A DNA stretch of 64,000 nucleotides from Octopus vulgaris (Eukaryota). The notes beneath the pieces are model-generated. The model searched no databases, had not been told where the DNA came from, and saw only the letters and a list, made by a program, of their open reading frames with translations. This document shows, piece by piece, positions 1-13,144 of this stretch. The stretch is taken from the NCBI GenBank assembly GCA_951406725.2, contig OX597820.1:46004001-46068000 (forward strand), in the 5' to 3' direction. The translations under genes were made by a program, and so were the position numbers. Numbering within the stretch: the stretch's first letter is position 1; each line of letters begins with the position of its first letter.

Positions 1-109
1 CGGGGCAACGTGAAATGAAGTGTTTTGCTCAAGGACACAACGCGCAGCCGGTCTGAGAATCGAAACCAAAGTCTCACGATCGCGAGTGCAACAACTCTAA
101 CCAATAGGC

Positions 110-118
<9 letters not shown>
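1..118 (-). mobile_element. tRNA-derived SINE 5' head (family C), truncated by the window edge
   Basis: Minus strand reads gtggcctattggttagag...ggtttcgattc (A/B boxes) then tgtgtccttgagcaaaacac; homologous to 59830-59973. Confidence 0.8.
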
Positions 119-189
<71 letters not shown>

Positions 190-324
190 TATATATATAT
201 ATTTTATGAATTTTTGTTGCAAGATTCCTGATGTGAAACCATGTGTTGATACAGGCATTATTATATTTCGGGACGGTCACCCAATTTTTTAGGGGGGGGT
301 GGGGCAAATAAACACACGTACTAT

Positions 325-430
325 ATATTCGTTCTTTATTCGTTTATTGCAGTCCTTATTTTAACTTATGCCCATTGTCCGGAAATCTTTCGTCACACAT
401 CTGTTACCTCTTCAGCGACACTTTCCGTCC
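325..430 (-). ncRNA. Minimal type I hammerhead ribozyme motif with downstream AATAAA (Penelope pLTR-like relic)
   Basis: Minus strand: TGTCG-CTGAAGA-G-GTAAC-agatgt-GTGAC-GAAA-GATT-TC-CGGACA; intact core, stem II 4/5 bp, stem I with one bulge; two AATAAA follow on the same strand. Confidence 0.6.
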
Positions 431-489
431 TCGTGTATGCTCTTGCTCTGCTTAACCCATTCTGTTCGTCTGTAGATAGAAGATAAACA

Positions 490-534
490 CACCAACAAGA
501 AGTGTGTCAACGGTGTGACAAGCACAGACACATA

Positions 535-597
<63 letters not shown>

Positions 598-614
598 ACG
601 CACGCACGCACGCA

Positions 615-655
<41 letters not shown>

Positions 656-819
656 CCGACAGGATCCTTTCAGTTTCCGTCTACCAAATCCACTCACTAG
701 TCTTTGGTCGGCCCGGGACTGTAGGAGAAGACACCTGGCCAAGGTGCCACGCAGTGGGACTGAACCCGGAACCCCGTGGTTGGGAAACAAGCTTTTTATC
801 ATACTGCCACGCTTGCGCC
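490..819 (-). mobile_element. SINE family A (tRNA head, CORE-like segment, internal microsatellite)
   Basis: Minus-strand match to the recurring ...gggttcagtcccactgcgtggcaccttgg...gagtggatttggtagacggaaactgaaag head, with (CA)n inside. Confidence 0.8.
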
Positions 820-844
820 TATTATATATATATGTTGTGTGAAA

Positions 845-1240
845 GCGGTGAGCTGGCAGAAACGTTAGCACGCCGGGCGATGTGCCTAGCGGTATTTCGT
901 CTGCCGTTACGTTCTGAGTTCAAATTCCGCCGTGGTCGACTTTGCCTTTCATCCTTTCGGGGTCGATAAATTAAGTACCAGTTACGCACTGGGGTCGTTG
1001 TAATCGACTTGATCCGTTTGTATATCCTTGTTTGTCCTCTCTGTGTTTAGCCCCTTGTGGGTAGTAAAGAAATAGGTATTTCGTCTGCCGCTACGTTCTG
1101 AGTTCAAATTTCGCCGAAGTCGATTTTGCCTTTCATCCTTTCGGTTTCGATAAATTAAGTACCAGTTACGAGCTGAGGTCGATCTAATCGACTGTCTCCC
1201 TCCCCCAACATTTCGGGCCTTGTGCTTTGATTAGAAAAAA
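845..1240 (+). mobile_element. SINE family B, dimeric copy
   Basis: gcggtgagctggcagaaacgttagc head; body repeated from ggtatttcgtctgccg at ~1076; flanked by the direct repeat atatgttgtgtg. Confidence 0.85.
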
Positions 1241-1455
1241 TAGATATGTTGTGTGTGTGTGTGTGTGTGTGTGAATACTTGACCCTACAAACGAGAAAAA
1301 AAAACCCCATAAGCTATTTAGAGTATGTTACGAAATCAGTGGTAAACCCTTGAGTAGTGACAGAAAGTTCAACACTACAATGGATATACGTTTACGTACG
1401 TACTCACAGGAACACACACATACACGCGCGCGCCACTTACATATATAGGTATATA

Positions 1456-1976
1456 TCGTAAATCCTCGAGTATAATCCGCATTTTTTCCCCAAAATTTAA
1501 AGGTCAAAATCCTTAGTGCGTACTCTATACGAGATTAAAAATGAAAATTATTTTCTAAGCAATGTCCGGGTCTCTATTTGCTGTCCGGCAATGTTTATTC
1601 AGACGCATTTTGTGATGTCGGGCGCGAAAATACCTTAAGCTAAGCCTGAAAGCAATGAAGTCATAAAAGAATCACCCATAACTTGCAGTAAACAACATTT
1701 ATTAAACGTTATTAGTCTTATTACTGTTATTTCTTTATTTTCTGCAAACAAAATCCACAAAAAAGCTACACGTTTGCATTATGTTATATGTACAATAATA
1801 ATAAAGGACGTTACTGTATACATTTTTACAAACTAAGGACGTTATATAGACTTCCTTGACTCAAGTTAGAGAAGAGGTGCGTATTATGCACACGGTTTAG
1901 GTTTTTCAGAGGTACAGCCCCCTAAAAATCCCCTGCGTATTATACTCAAGGGCAGACTGTACTCGAGGATATACGG
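1456..1976. mobile_element. Non-autonomous Tc2/pogo-like DNA transposon (MITE)
   Basis: TIRs TCGTAAATCCTCGAGTATA / TGTACTCGAGGATATACGG flanked by TA; subterminal tgcgta(c/t)t.tatac repeats. Confidence 0.8.
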
Positions 1977-1983
1977 TATCTGT

Positions 1984-2590
1984 GCATGCACAAACATACA
2001 CACCCCTACATACACATAGGTATGTATTGGTGCACACACGCATACACACATCCCCGAGCGCGCGCGCACACACACATTCGTACACACTCACACGCATGCA
2101 CATATACAAGTCTGTATCTGTGCATTCATAAACACACACATATGCATACACACACATACATACAAACAAGCATAGGTACAAGCGCGTGCACACACACACA
2201 CAGGAACTCAATGTTAAATGTACATGTAGGTATGCATAGTGCATGCACACACACATGCATACACACACGCACACACATAGACTCACTCAAACATACACTC
2301 ACCCACACACACAGACGCCCACACACAAGCATACACACAAACGTGCGTAACACCACACTCACATGCATACACGCATATATAAGTATGTATGGTGCATGTA
2401 CACACACATACACACACAAGCATACACACACACGCAGACACACATACATGCGTACACACAAGCATACACACAAACCCACCACACTCACACAAATACACAT
2501 AGGTATATATGGTGCATGCACACACACACATACACACACACACGCATACACACACATGCACTTACACATATACGCATGCACTACACAAGC
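1984..2590. repeat. Degenerate CA-rich low-complexity array
   Basis: Imperfect (CA)n/CATA/CACG with recurring taggtatgtatggtgc-like spacers. Confidence 0.85.
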
Positions 2591-2781
2591 TGATATCTGA
2601 AGATATCGCCTTACGTATTTTCATTCTACACCAAGAAAGCGAGGCTTTGCTTTTAATGATGAAAGAAAGAGAAGTACGGCAGCCGTCCTCTAATTAAACA
2701 TAATTACAGAGAACAGGGACTTATTAAGGTGGAAGTGTTTCAACAAATACAGGGGTATACAGCCCATAGAGCCAGGTAGAG

Positions 2782-2791
2782 GTCACGTGAA
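2782..2791 (+). promoter_or_regulatory. CLEAR-like E-box (GTCACGTGAA), possible TFEB/MITF site
   Basis: 9/10 match to the CLEAR consensus GTCACGTGAC, inside a unique-sequence island ~1.8 kb upstream of the putative TSS. Confidence 0.3.
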
Positions 2792-2919
2792 TATCTGACA
2801 AGGCTCCCCCCCCCCAAATAAAAGTGAATAAAAGCCCTCACTGCTTCGTGAGGGGGTAATGTGGGCGAGCCCGAAAGTAGTCTTGTTCTGCCCTCGTAAA
2901 ATTTCTGTCGGAGGCGCTG

Positions 2920-3277
2920 GGAAGAAGAGAGAGAAAACTGAAGATGAAGAGAAAGAGGAAGAGAAATGAGAGAGGGAGAGAAGGAGGGAGAGAGGAGATA
3001 GGTAAGAATGAAGGAGAAATAGGTAAAAGAAGCAGGGAAAAGCTAATGAGGAGACTGCATTATAGAAATAGACAGACAGAGAGACAGATAGATAGAACGA
3101 CAGACAAGCGGACAGACGACAGGTAGATAGATAAATGGATAGATAGATATAAAGACAAACAGATAAACGGATATAAAGATAAACAGATGGATAGAAAGAC
3201 AGACAGACAGATAGAGGGACAAATTGATAGACGCATAGCCAGCTAGCTAGATAGACAGACGGACAGATAAATAGAAG

Positions 3278-3334
<57 letters not shown>

Positions 3335-3377
3335 GGAGTGAGTGAGTGACTGTGTGTGTGTGTGTCTGTGTGTGTGT

Positions 3378-3450
<73 letters not shown>

Positions 3451-4348
3451 AGCGAACGAGAAGACTGGGGAAAAGCGAATGGAGATCAAGACTGAGCATA
3501 TAGAGAAGGAAAGGTGAAAGGCGGGAAACATAGAGGGAGGAAGATAGAGAAAGGGGAGGAGAGAAGGGGAGAGAGAAGATGAAGGAAAAGGGAGATAGAG
3601 AGAGAGGATCTAAGATAACTAACTCGTGTTTGTCTGGGACACGTGCAAGCACACGCACACAGACACACATACACACACACACACGCACACACACACACTC
3701 AAACATCGCAACACTCGATTACGGCAGAGAGAACAGAGAGAACTGCTAGAGTAAGAGGTAATGGTAATGAGAAAAGAAAGAGATGGAGAACGGAGGGTGT
3801 GCGTGTATATGTGTGTGTGTGAGAATGCTAAAGAGAAAGATAAAGTGAGGTGGAGAAAGAGAGAGAGAAGAGAGAGAGATAGAGAGAGAGGGAAAGAGAG
3901 AGATGGAGAGTGAATGGGGAGAGAGAGAGAGAGAGAGAGAGGGATAGACGGGGGTGATAATGTGTACATGTTTGTATGTTTGGATGTATGAATGAGAATG
4001 TGAAAGAGGAAGTGTGTAATGGGAGGACAGAGAGATTAATTGTTAATGTGTGTGTGTGTGTGTGTGTATGTGCATATATAACTGATTAGAGAGTAAGTAT
4101 GAGTGAAGACAGATTGCGAGAGAGAGGGAATGGGGGGGGGGGCAAAGAGAGAAAGTGTGAGTGAGGGAAAGAGAGAGAGATAGAGAGATGGTGTGAGACA
4201 GTGTTTATGTGTGCGTATGTGTGAATGATAATTAGAGAGAGCAGGAGGGAGAGAGAGAGAGAAAGAGAGATGGGAGGCTAAGTGGAAGGGGGGGGGGGCA
4301 CAGTGATGAAATGAAAAATGTGCGTGCGTATGCGTGTATCTGTGTGTG

Positions 4349-4382
<34 letters not shown>

Positions 4383-4500
4383 TGTGCATATATGCCTGTA
4401 TATGTGCGCGTGTATGCGCGTATGTATGTATTAGAGAACTAAAGGGAGAAAGTAAGAGCGAGAGAAAGAGAGATGGAGCGGAAGGGAGGAAAAGGTGACA
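2920..4500. repeat. GA-rich, (GATA)n, (GT)n and (GA)n compound low-complexity tract
   Basis: Directly visible purine-rich and dinucleotide runs. Confidence 0.9.
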
Positions 4501-4571
4501 GCGTGTTTACCGTCATTGAATTAGAGAGGGTAAGGCGAAGTGAGAGACAGAAGAAAGAGTGAGTGACGGTT

Positions 4572-4604
4572 TATATGAGTGTTATTGAAGCGAATAATTC
4601 AGTC
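4572..4604 (+). promoter_or_regulatory. Candidate core promoter: TATA-like box plus initiator
   Basis: TATATGAG at 4572 (one mismatch to TATAWAAR) lies 29 nt upstream of the A (4601) of TCAGTC, a perfect TCAKTY Inr, which is 78 nt upstream of the ATG. Confidence 0.5.
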
Positions 4605-4678
4605 CAGCACGATATATTTACTTGTGCTTGCCTTCCATTTGTTTTATTCAGTGTTGTGTTGTTGAAAAGCAACCAGCA

Positions 4679-4792
4679 ATGTTGTTGTGGAGAGTATGTT
4701 TGCTGTGTATGTTCACCATTTCGTGGTCGTCTGCTCGCTCGGTGCCGGACGGCTGCCCGAACAAAGATTCTAACGGACAATGTGGCTATCAA
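4679..4792 (+). CDS. MAN2B1: First coding exon of a secreted/lysosomal protein, probably lysosomal alpha-mannosidase (GH38, MAN2B1-like); identity tentative
   Basis: ATG in gcaATG context; 38 codons MLLWRVCLLCMFTISWSSA-RSVPDGCPNKDSNGQCGYQ with a hydrophobic signal-peptide-like N-terminus; phase-0 donor AA|GTGAGT at 4793. Invertebrate lysosomal alpha-mannosidases typically read ..CGY(Q/E)-SC..NVHLVPHTHDDVGW, and as I recall human MAN2B1 exon 1 ends in phase 0 at the equivalent GGYE. I did not find exon 2 in the window. Confidence 0.6.
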
Positions 4793-5189
4793 GTGAGTAC
4801 TTTACTTCCACATGGACTGTTATTTACTTCGTTCTTCGTAATTATTTTAATTTAAGGTATGAATGTCTCTTCACAGAAAAATATCTGTCGGCATTATCGT
4901 CACCGTCTTAATTCAAACCCTGCGTTACCCATCCATCGTTGTTGTTACTTAGTCCCGTTTTAGTATTCAAACCCCGATCGAGCAGGCAGATGTATGATAA
5001 GGATTCCAACCGCAACCATCCAGTCCTTCTAAGGGTATCTACCTAACATGCCCTGTTCTATCTCCTTTATCGTTAAGACAGCAATGTTATTCGAGGGATA
5101 CTAAGGTGCTATTTCTTGCACGTTGGAGCGACTACGTAAATGCTCCCCTCTTCTTTATCTCGTGGTTATTTGTTGTTATTATTTCTGTT

Positions 5190-5395
5190 GCAGAATTGTT
5201 AGCGCATCGGATAAAATGCTTAGCGGTATTTCGTCCGTCTTTACGTTCCTGAGTTCAAATTACACCGAGGTCGACTTTGCTTTTCGTTCTTTGGAGATCG
5301 ATGAAATAAGTACCAGTCAAGTACTGGGGTCGATGTAATCGACTAGTCCCTTCCTTTTAAAAACTACTGGCCATGTACCAAAATTTGAATCCATT
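5190..5395 (+). mobile_element. SINE family B, diverged copy
   Basis: gcagaattgttagcgcatcgg...gagttcaaattacaccgaggtcgactttgc...aagtaccagtc. Confidence 0.75.
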
Positions 5396-5862
5396 ATTTC
5401 GGACAGAGATGGCAGAAAAGGAAACGGTTTAGTAATGGGTCCAATACCAACCGTCATTTAATTTTCGAAACTTTAATGTCCCAAGTTCAATTCCTGCCAG
5501 GGATAGACTTTACTTTCTATCATTCCAGGTTTGACATAATGAGTACACATCAAAATACTATGGGCGACTTATTCGAGTAACCCCTACCCAAAATCTATAG
5601 CGCGTGTCCATGTTGGAAATGTTTATTATTATACACGTTATTGTTGTTGTTGTTATTCTGTAATGTTGTTATGTATGTTATTGCCTTTATGTTATATACA
5701 TCATTGTTTTATATGCGTTATTGATACAGTTGTTAAATATGTCATTGTTGTTATGTATGTTGTATGTATAACATGCACAGCATGTTGTAACATCGTTATG
5801 TAAGCTGTTGCGTATTTTATGTTGTTTTTCTTTTTGTAACGTGTGATAATGCAGTTATTATG

Positions 5863-6027
5863 TAGGAGTGGCTGTGTGGTGTGGTAAGTAGCTTGCTTAC
5901 CAACCACATGGTTCTGAGTTCAGTCCCACTATGTGGTACCTTGGGCAAGTGTCTTCTACTTATAACCTCGGGCCAACCAAAGCCTTGTGAGTGGATTTGG
6001 TTGACGGAAACTGAAAGAAACCCGTCG

Positions 6028-6092
<65 letters not shown>

Positions 6093-6300
6093 ATGTTTGT
6101 GTGTGTATGTTCTTGTGTCTGTGTTTGTCCCCCCAACATCGCTTGGCAACCGATGCTGGTGTGTTTACGTCCCCGTTGTTTAGCGGTTCGGCAAGAGTGA
6201 CCGATAGAATAAGTACTAGGCTTACAAAGAATAAGTCGACAAAAGGCGGTGCTCCAGCATGGCCACAGTCAGATAACTGAAACAAGTAAAAGTGCAAAGA
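5863..6300 (+). mobile_element. SINE family A, full length with internal (TA)n(TG)n
   Basis: aggagtggctgtgtggt head; tail ggcggtgctccagcatggccacagtcagataactgaaacaagtaaaag. Confidence 0.9.
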
Positions 6301-6464
6301 GTATATGTCTATCTGTTTGTCTGTCTGTCTGTATGTATGTATGTATGCATGTATGTATGTATGTATGCATGTATGTATGTATGTATGTATGTATGTATGT
6401 ATGTATGTATGTATGTTGCGGATATGTACGCTTTTACTATTATTCGTCCTTTCGGAGTTGTGAT

Positions 6465-7370
6465 ATAATAAGCGCCAGTTGAGCATTGAGGACGATATCA
6501 TCGACTGGCCCGTCCTTCCAAATTGCAGGCCTTGTGCCTATAATAGAAAGGATCATTATTATTATTGTTATTATGATTATATGTTCCATCAAGGTCAATT
6601 TTGCCTTCCATCCATTAGGGGTCGATAAATTAAGTACTAGTTGAACACTGGGGTGAATGCGATCGACTTAACCCACCCCCTCAAATATCAGGCCTTGTGT
6701 CCATTGTAGAAAAGATTATTATTGTTGTATTTATTATTATTATCATTATCATTATTAATGTCCCCTTGGCTTAGCATTTATGTCTCTGTGGCATAAATGT
6801 TTTGTCCGTCTTTACTTTCTGAGTTCATATTCCGCCGATGTCGACTTTGCCTTACATCCTTTCAGGGTCGATAAATTAAATACCAGTGAAACACCGGGGT
6901 CGATGTAATCGACTAGTCCCCCTCTTCCAAAATTTCAGACATTGTGCCTATAGTAGAAAGGATTATTGTTATTATTACCAAGGTTGCGAGCAGGAAAATC
7001 GATAGCACGCCGGGCAAAACGCTTAGCGTCGTTTTATCTGTCCTTACTTTCTGAGTTCAAATCTCGCTGAGGTCGACTTTGCCTTTCATCCTTCGGGGTC
7101 GATAAAATAAGTGCCAGCTGAGCACTGGAGTCTAGCCCCTACCCACAAAATTTCAGGTTTTGTACCAATAATGGAAAGGATTATTATTATTATTATTGCA
7201 GAAAGGCAACCAGCTGGCAAAATCGTTAGAATCGGATAAATTATTTCCTTCCTCCGACTCCACTTTGGTGTTCATTTACTCCGGGGTTGATAAGATAAAG
7301 GACCAGTCGAGTAGAGGGATCGCACTACATCCCATATTTCTGGCTTTGTGCCCAAATCAGAAAACATTAT
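6465..7370 (+). mobile_element. Head-to-tail cluster of about five SINE family B copies/fragments separated by (ATT)n tails
   Basis: Repeated gtcgactttgcctt(t)catcc...gtcgataaa...aagtaccag and ...ccttgtgcctata.tagaaaggattattatt modules. Confidence 0.8.
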
Positions 7371-7517
7371 CATCGGTGTTGTTGTTGTTTTGTTATATAT
7401 GTTTGTTGTTATTGTTGTAGTTTCGTATGTTATTTTTACGAATGAGATTAATATTATTGTTGTTATGAATGTTCTTGTTCTTCACGGAATGTATCCCATG
7501 ACTGTTTTAAAACCTAT

Positions 7518-7597
<80 letters not shown>

Positions 7598-7608
7598 GTT
7601 TCTATCTA

Positions 7609-7665
<57 letters not shown>

Positions 7666-7765
7666 ATATGTGTATAGATATGTATGTATATATGTATATG
7701 TGTATATATATGTATGTATATATATATATTTGTGTATATATATATATATATATATATGTATGTTT

Positions 7766-8083
7766 TGATTTGGTGGTTGAAAATGCACTTGAGTTTTGAA
7801 ACGAATTTAATTTTTTAATATTTTGTTTTAAATGTAACAAAACTAAATTTTCGAGTATGTTCTATTGCTATGAAACTTTTTCTTGTGCCTTTTCTTTCTT
7901 ATAAAAGTTAATTTTGTTTGTTTTTAATGTTTTTTATTTACTCCTGAAAAACAAAAGCAAACAAAAAAACTGTTTAATCATGTATGGTATTGGAATAAAA
8001 GAAAAATATTTAGGAAAATAATTAAAACCCCCACCAGCTAAAATACGTTTTAAAACCCAAGAGCATTTTCAATCCTCAAACCA
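7766..8083. mobile_element. AT-rich element bounded by ~45 bp imperfect inverted repeats, between TA arrays
   Basis: 7766-7810 is roughly 80% (by eye) the reverse complement of 8039-8083. Confidence 0.55.
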
Positions 8084-8109
8084 TTGCTAATTGTGTAGAA
8101 CTAAATCTT

Positions 8110-8236
<127 letters not shown>

Positions 8237-8399
8237 GGGTGCATATATATATAATTTATGTACATATATATATATATGTGTGTATATATATTATATGTAT
8301 ATATGTATATTATATACGCTATGTGCATATATATATACACGCTGCATTTATGTACATGCATGAAACAAATAAATCTCTGTCTTTGAACTAAGTTATATA

Positions 8400-8441
<42 letters not shown>

Positions 8442-8600
8442 GCATATATACGTTATATGTATATATATGTAAATATATATATATATATATATATATAATC
8501 ATGTGTGCATGTGAGTATGGGTGTATAAGTGTCTGTATGACGTATATCCATAAATATGTATTTCTCTCTCTCTCTCCCTCTCCCTCTCTCTCTCACTATA

Positions 8601-8644
<44 letters not shown>

Positions 8645-8773
8645 TGTGTGCCTGTGTTTGTCTCCCACCATCGCTTGATAAACGATGTTGGTGTGTTTAT
8701 ACACATATGCATTCACAGAAGTCAGTGTATGTGAGTGTATATGAGTACATGAAGATATATTATATATGCGCGT

Positions 8774-8806
<33 letters not shown>

Positions 8807-9011
8807 TAATACGCATACTTACACACTTAAACACTAGTAGTAAATTTGCATAAGTGACTCAAGGGTCTAAAATTTCGTATATGATACTTATTAAACTTTA
8901 GTAAGTTTGACAAGTGCCATGCACTAAAATCTGCTTTATCAATTACTTATGTAGCTTTACAGAAAATAACAAATACATACATATCCGTATCTATGTCTGT
9001 TTTTATCTATC

Positions 9012-9064
<53 letters not shown>

Positions 9065-9299
9065 CTTCATTCTGTGTGTATATATATATATATGTATGTA
9101 TGCGAGTGTACATACATATGTATGTGTATATATATGCATGTGTGTGTATGTACATATATATATATATATGTGTGTGTGTGTGTTTATACATCTATACACT
9201 CTACAAATTGAACAGGTTCCGTTGCTAATGGTTAGAATATGGTCATGTCACTAAGTTTGTTACATAGAAGTAATCACCCCTTGCAGCATTTCTAGTTGA

Positions 9300-10200
9300 A
9301 GAACTTTTGGAAATTATCCGTAGTTCACGATCTGAAGTCCTCTAGAAGATCCTTCTCTTGTTATTCTTATCAGCGCTGTGAATTGCTTCCAGTCATCACC
9401 GCTTTTACACTCCACTAACCCTCAGTAAAATGTGAGATTTGACATTCAACAGATCCGTTTATCCAGCTGTTAGAGTTCTGGGAGCTCTAGGCGGCATTCC
9501 TGGTGCCAAACGCCGAAACTCAAGTTTGTGCTTAAACCGGAATGCATCTCAGTAAAAGAGACGAATTGTTAAAAGACACACCGGACGAACTGAAAACATA
9601 CTCATCGTCGTGCAGGGATCTCTGTCGACGCTGCAGTTTCAGTGTATGGCCGTGCGTTATCAGTGACTGCATCTTGAGACTTCTCTAAAATGGTTGTAGG
9701 TAAAAGATGTTCTTTTGGACTAACTGATTCTGTCTCTTCCACAAGAATCAAAAGAGCATATGGTCCAGTCTGGTCAGATATTTCCTACGGCACGACACAA
9801 GAGTCAGCAGTGATACTCTACAAGTTCAATGTAGGCGTTGGCCACTCCTATTCAACTCATTGGGAACAGCTTCTTGCCAGTACGTTTCTGTTCTCAACAT
9901 CTTCTCAGTTCTTTTTTTTTTTTTCATCTGGAGCTCCAGACCGAACAACATCCTAAATATCTTAACTTGATCTACTCCAGATGCTGAGTTTCAAACCCAG
10001 CTTCTTGTCCTGGTTAATACATTTACTCCTTACCTCTTGGTACTCCCTTCTTCATCATGCCAACCACTTCGATTTCAGAAGTATCAGACATAATGATGGT
10101 GCGTATTCCGTATTTGCATCATGCATAACTAAACTGTATCTCAGTACGAGTGGGAGACCCTTCAACGTCTCCACTTCTGCAACAACGGGTTTAACGCCAA
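9300..10200 (-). pseudogene. Highly decayed Tx1/L1-clade LINE ORF2 fragment
   Basis: Minus-strand pieces (FGLELQM, VANAYI, LTLVSC, HGHTLKLQRRQRSL) are collinear with the better-preserved copy at 28250-29020 (FGLDLQL, EVAN, LTVVPC, SHALRLRHLQRFL). Confidence 0.6.
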
Positions 10201-10336
10201 AACATATAGAAATCTGAGGAAGAGGAAATAGTCGATTATATCGCCCCCTGGTACTTTATTTTATTGAGTCCATAGACGTGAAAGGCAAAGTTGATTTCGA
10301 CATGATTCGAACTCGGCGGGATTATGAAACAACTTT

Positions 10337-10546
10337 CACTACCTCATGAGGAAGGAAAAAGGCAGGGAATTATGTGAATCTTTTTTCCCTTAATTTTTCT
10401 TTTTACTATTCTGTACTCGAAGCAACTGCAGCTACTATTTTGAGCTACTACGATTTTGAACGGATCTTTTTTCGAAAATTTCAAAACTTTACGTTTCGTG
10501 TCCCGCATCCAAAACCCGTGTTCTTTTACATCTTCGTGAGGTAGTG
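10337..10546. mobile_element. 210 bp MITE-like element with 15 bp TIRs starting CACTA
   Basis: CACTACCTCATGAGG ... CTTCGTGAGGTAGTG (13/15 complementary); no clear TSD. Confidence 0.5.
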
Positions 10547-11037
10547 ATAAAATTTCCAAAATTCTTCTTTGAACTCGATGATATACACTGCCTAATTCAG
10601 CAGAAGATTGGCCATAACGGGGTTGTGCACTTGATGTCACTAATTAAGTTTTCAAAAATCAAACAGAAGGCAACAGACCGAAACACATTTTAATCAAAAA
10701 TATGATTAAATTATTGTTAATTAGTTAAGCTATTACTAAGCGATAAACACATCACCATGCACACACACACACACACACTCTCTCTCTCTTTTTCTCTCTT
10801 TATCTCTGTCACACACGCACGCGCGTTCGCTGACACACACCGATATAGACATTCACTGATTAGATATTCTTGTAGATAAGGAAAGGAATATTTGTAATTA
10901 GTAATCAAAGTTGGGTTGCTGATTTGGTTCACTGAGCCGGAACTATAAGCAAATAAGCATCTCTTTCTTACAACTACTTATATATCGCAATTTATACATT
11001 GAGTCTAATCATTCTCATGAAAGTATACAAGTTCAAT

Positions 11038-11094
<57 letters not shown>

Positions 11095-11198
11095 AAAGGG
11101 ATAGAGGGAAAGAGAAAGAAAGGGGATATGTTATGAAAGGTAAGTATGCGTATGTATATATATGTTTGTATACATATGCATACACACACACACACATA

Positions 11199-11316
<118 letters not shown>

Positions 11317-11355
11317 ACTGTCTGTCTGTCTGTCTATCTATCTATCAATCAATCA

Positions 11356-11388
<33 letters not shown>

Positions 11389-11544
11389 ATATCTACACAT
11401 GTATGTATAGATTGTTTGAAGTGGTGTACAGATTTTATGATAAAAAGAAAAGGAGTTAGTCAGAATTTTGGATAATTCTTTATTAGCGCTTTCGTCGCAT
11501 TCATCGAGACTCCTCACATATAAGTTTTACAGAAAATTTCCTTG

Positions 11545-11546
<2 letters not shown>

Positions 11547-11582
<36 letters not shown>

Positions 11583-11872
11583 TATGTATATGTATATATA
11601 TATATATGCATATGTATATGTATATATATATATATGTATATGTATGTATATATAGGTATATATATATGTATATATGTATATATATATGTATATAAGTATA
11701 TGTATATATATGTATATATGTATATATATGTATATATATGTATATATATATATATATATGTATATATATGTATATGTATATATATATATCCATATTTATA
11801 TATATATATTTATATGTATATATGTATATATATGTATATATGTATATATATGTATATATATATGTGTATATG

Positions 11873-11925
<53 letters not shown>
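11547..11925. repeat. Degenerate (TA)n/(TATG) array
   Basis: Directly visible. Confidence 0.95.
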
Positions 11926-11926
<1 letters not shown>

Positions 11927-12082
11927 AATATGTACGTATTTACAAATTTTCTTTGGTGCGGCTTCATTACGGTACATGCAATTCAATCCAGCATTCAAAT
12001 ATATAAAAGAGTTCTTGCCTCTGATACATCATCATTTCTTTGCATGTTTAGAACGATTTCATCTGTCAAGTTCACACACACA

Positions 12083-12171
<89 letters not shown>

Positions 12172-12468
12172 GCGAGCATATAGATATATATATTTATATC
12201 GTTTACTTTCCCGTTCACGTAAGTTCAACAAAAAAAAAGTATTCCATCCAACGAGAGGTAAATATTATTTAATATATACAGTACATAATGATGAGCTACC
12301 AGTAGTTTTATTATACATTGATCTTATCTGGCAGGCTTTAAAACACGCCTAGTGTCTCCATCTAAGAGCTTGAAGATTACTTGGAGACATTAGGCATGTT
12401 TCAAAACACCTGCCTAGATAAGATCTTCGGTGTATAAAACCTTTAGTAACTCACAACTATATACTGTT

Positions 12469-12503
<35 letters not shown>

Positions 12504-12834
12504 ATCAATTCAGCAAGTGAGAGGTGATAAAGTTTATTTATACAAGTTTACATCCATAAATAAACCTATCTTCCCACTAAATGGTTTATGCAGTCCTCAT
12601 TGAAGGGTGTATGAATTTATCGCTCGGATTTTCTGCATTTTCAGTTACACGGACACATTAGATTACACTATACTGTACTACACCGTATTTGATTACTACA
12701 TTGACTGATAACCGATTCCGCATAAGGAACTTATTGTGGTAACTGCACGATTCTCGGAATCTATATTTATACAAAACTTGTGTGTGTGTGTATGTGTATG
12801 TGTGTGTGTGTGTGTGTGTGCGTGAGTGTGTGTA

Positions 12835-12992
12835 TAGTTCAAATTTACAGAAAACAAAAGATGAAAACAGTTGTCGGGACAACAAGCAGGTGTATTAGTT
12901 TAACACTCGGGAAAAATGGAAATGTTTTCGATGTTTCGAGCCTATGCTCTTCGACAGAAAGGATTAAGACAAAAAAAAAAAGAAAAATCGGA
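12835..12992 (-). mobile_element. Hammerhead-bearing short element, family P2
   Basis: Minus strand CTTT-CTGTCGA-A-GAGC-ATAG-GCTC-GAAA-CA-TC (12926-12961); homologous to 47969-48128 and 59404-59570. Confidence 0.65.
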
Positions 12993-13144
12993 GACATGAT
13001 GATATGATATGATATGATATGATATGATATGATATATATATATATAAATAGATAGATATATATATATATATATTTATATATATACATACGTATGTGTATG
13101 TGTGTTTGTCTATGTATGTGCGAGTATAAATATATACATACATA

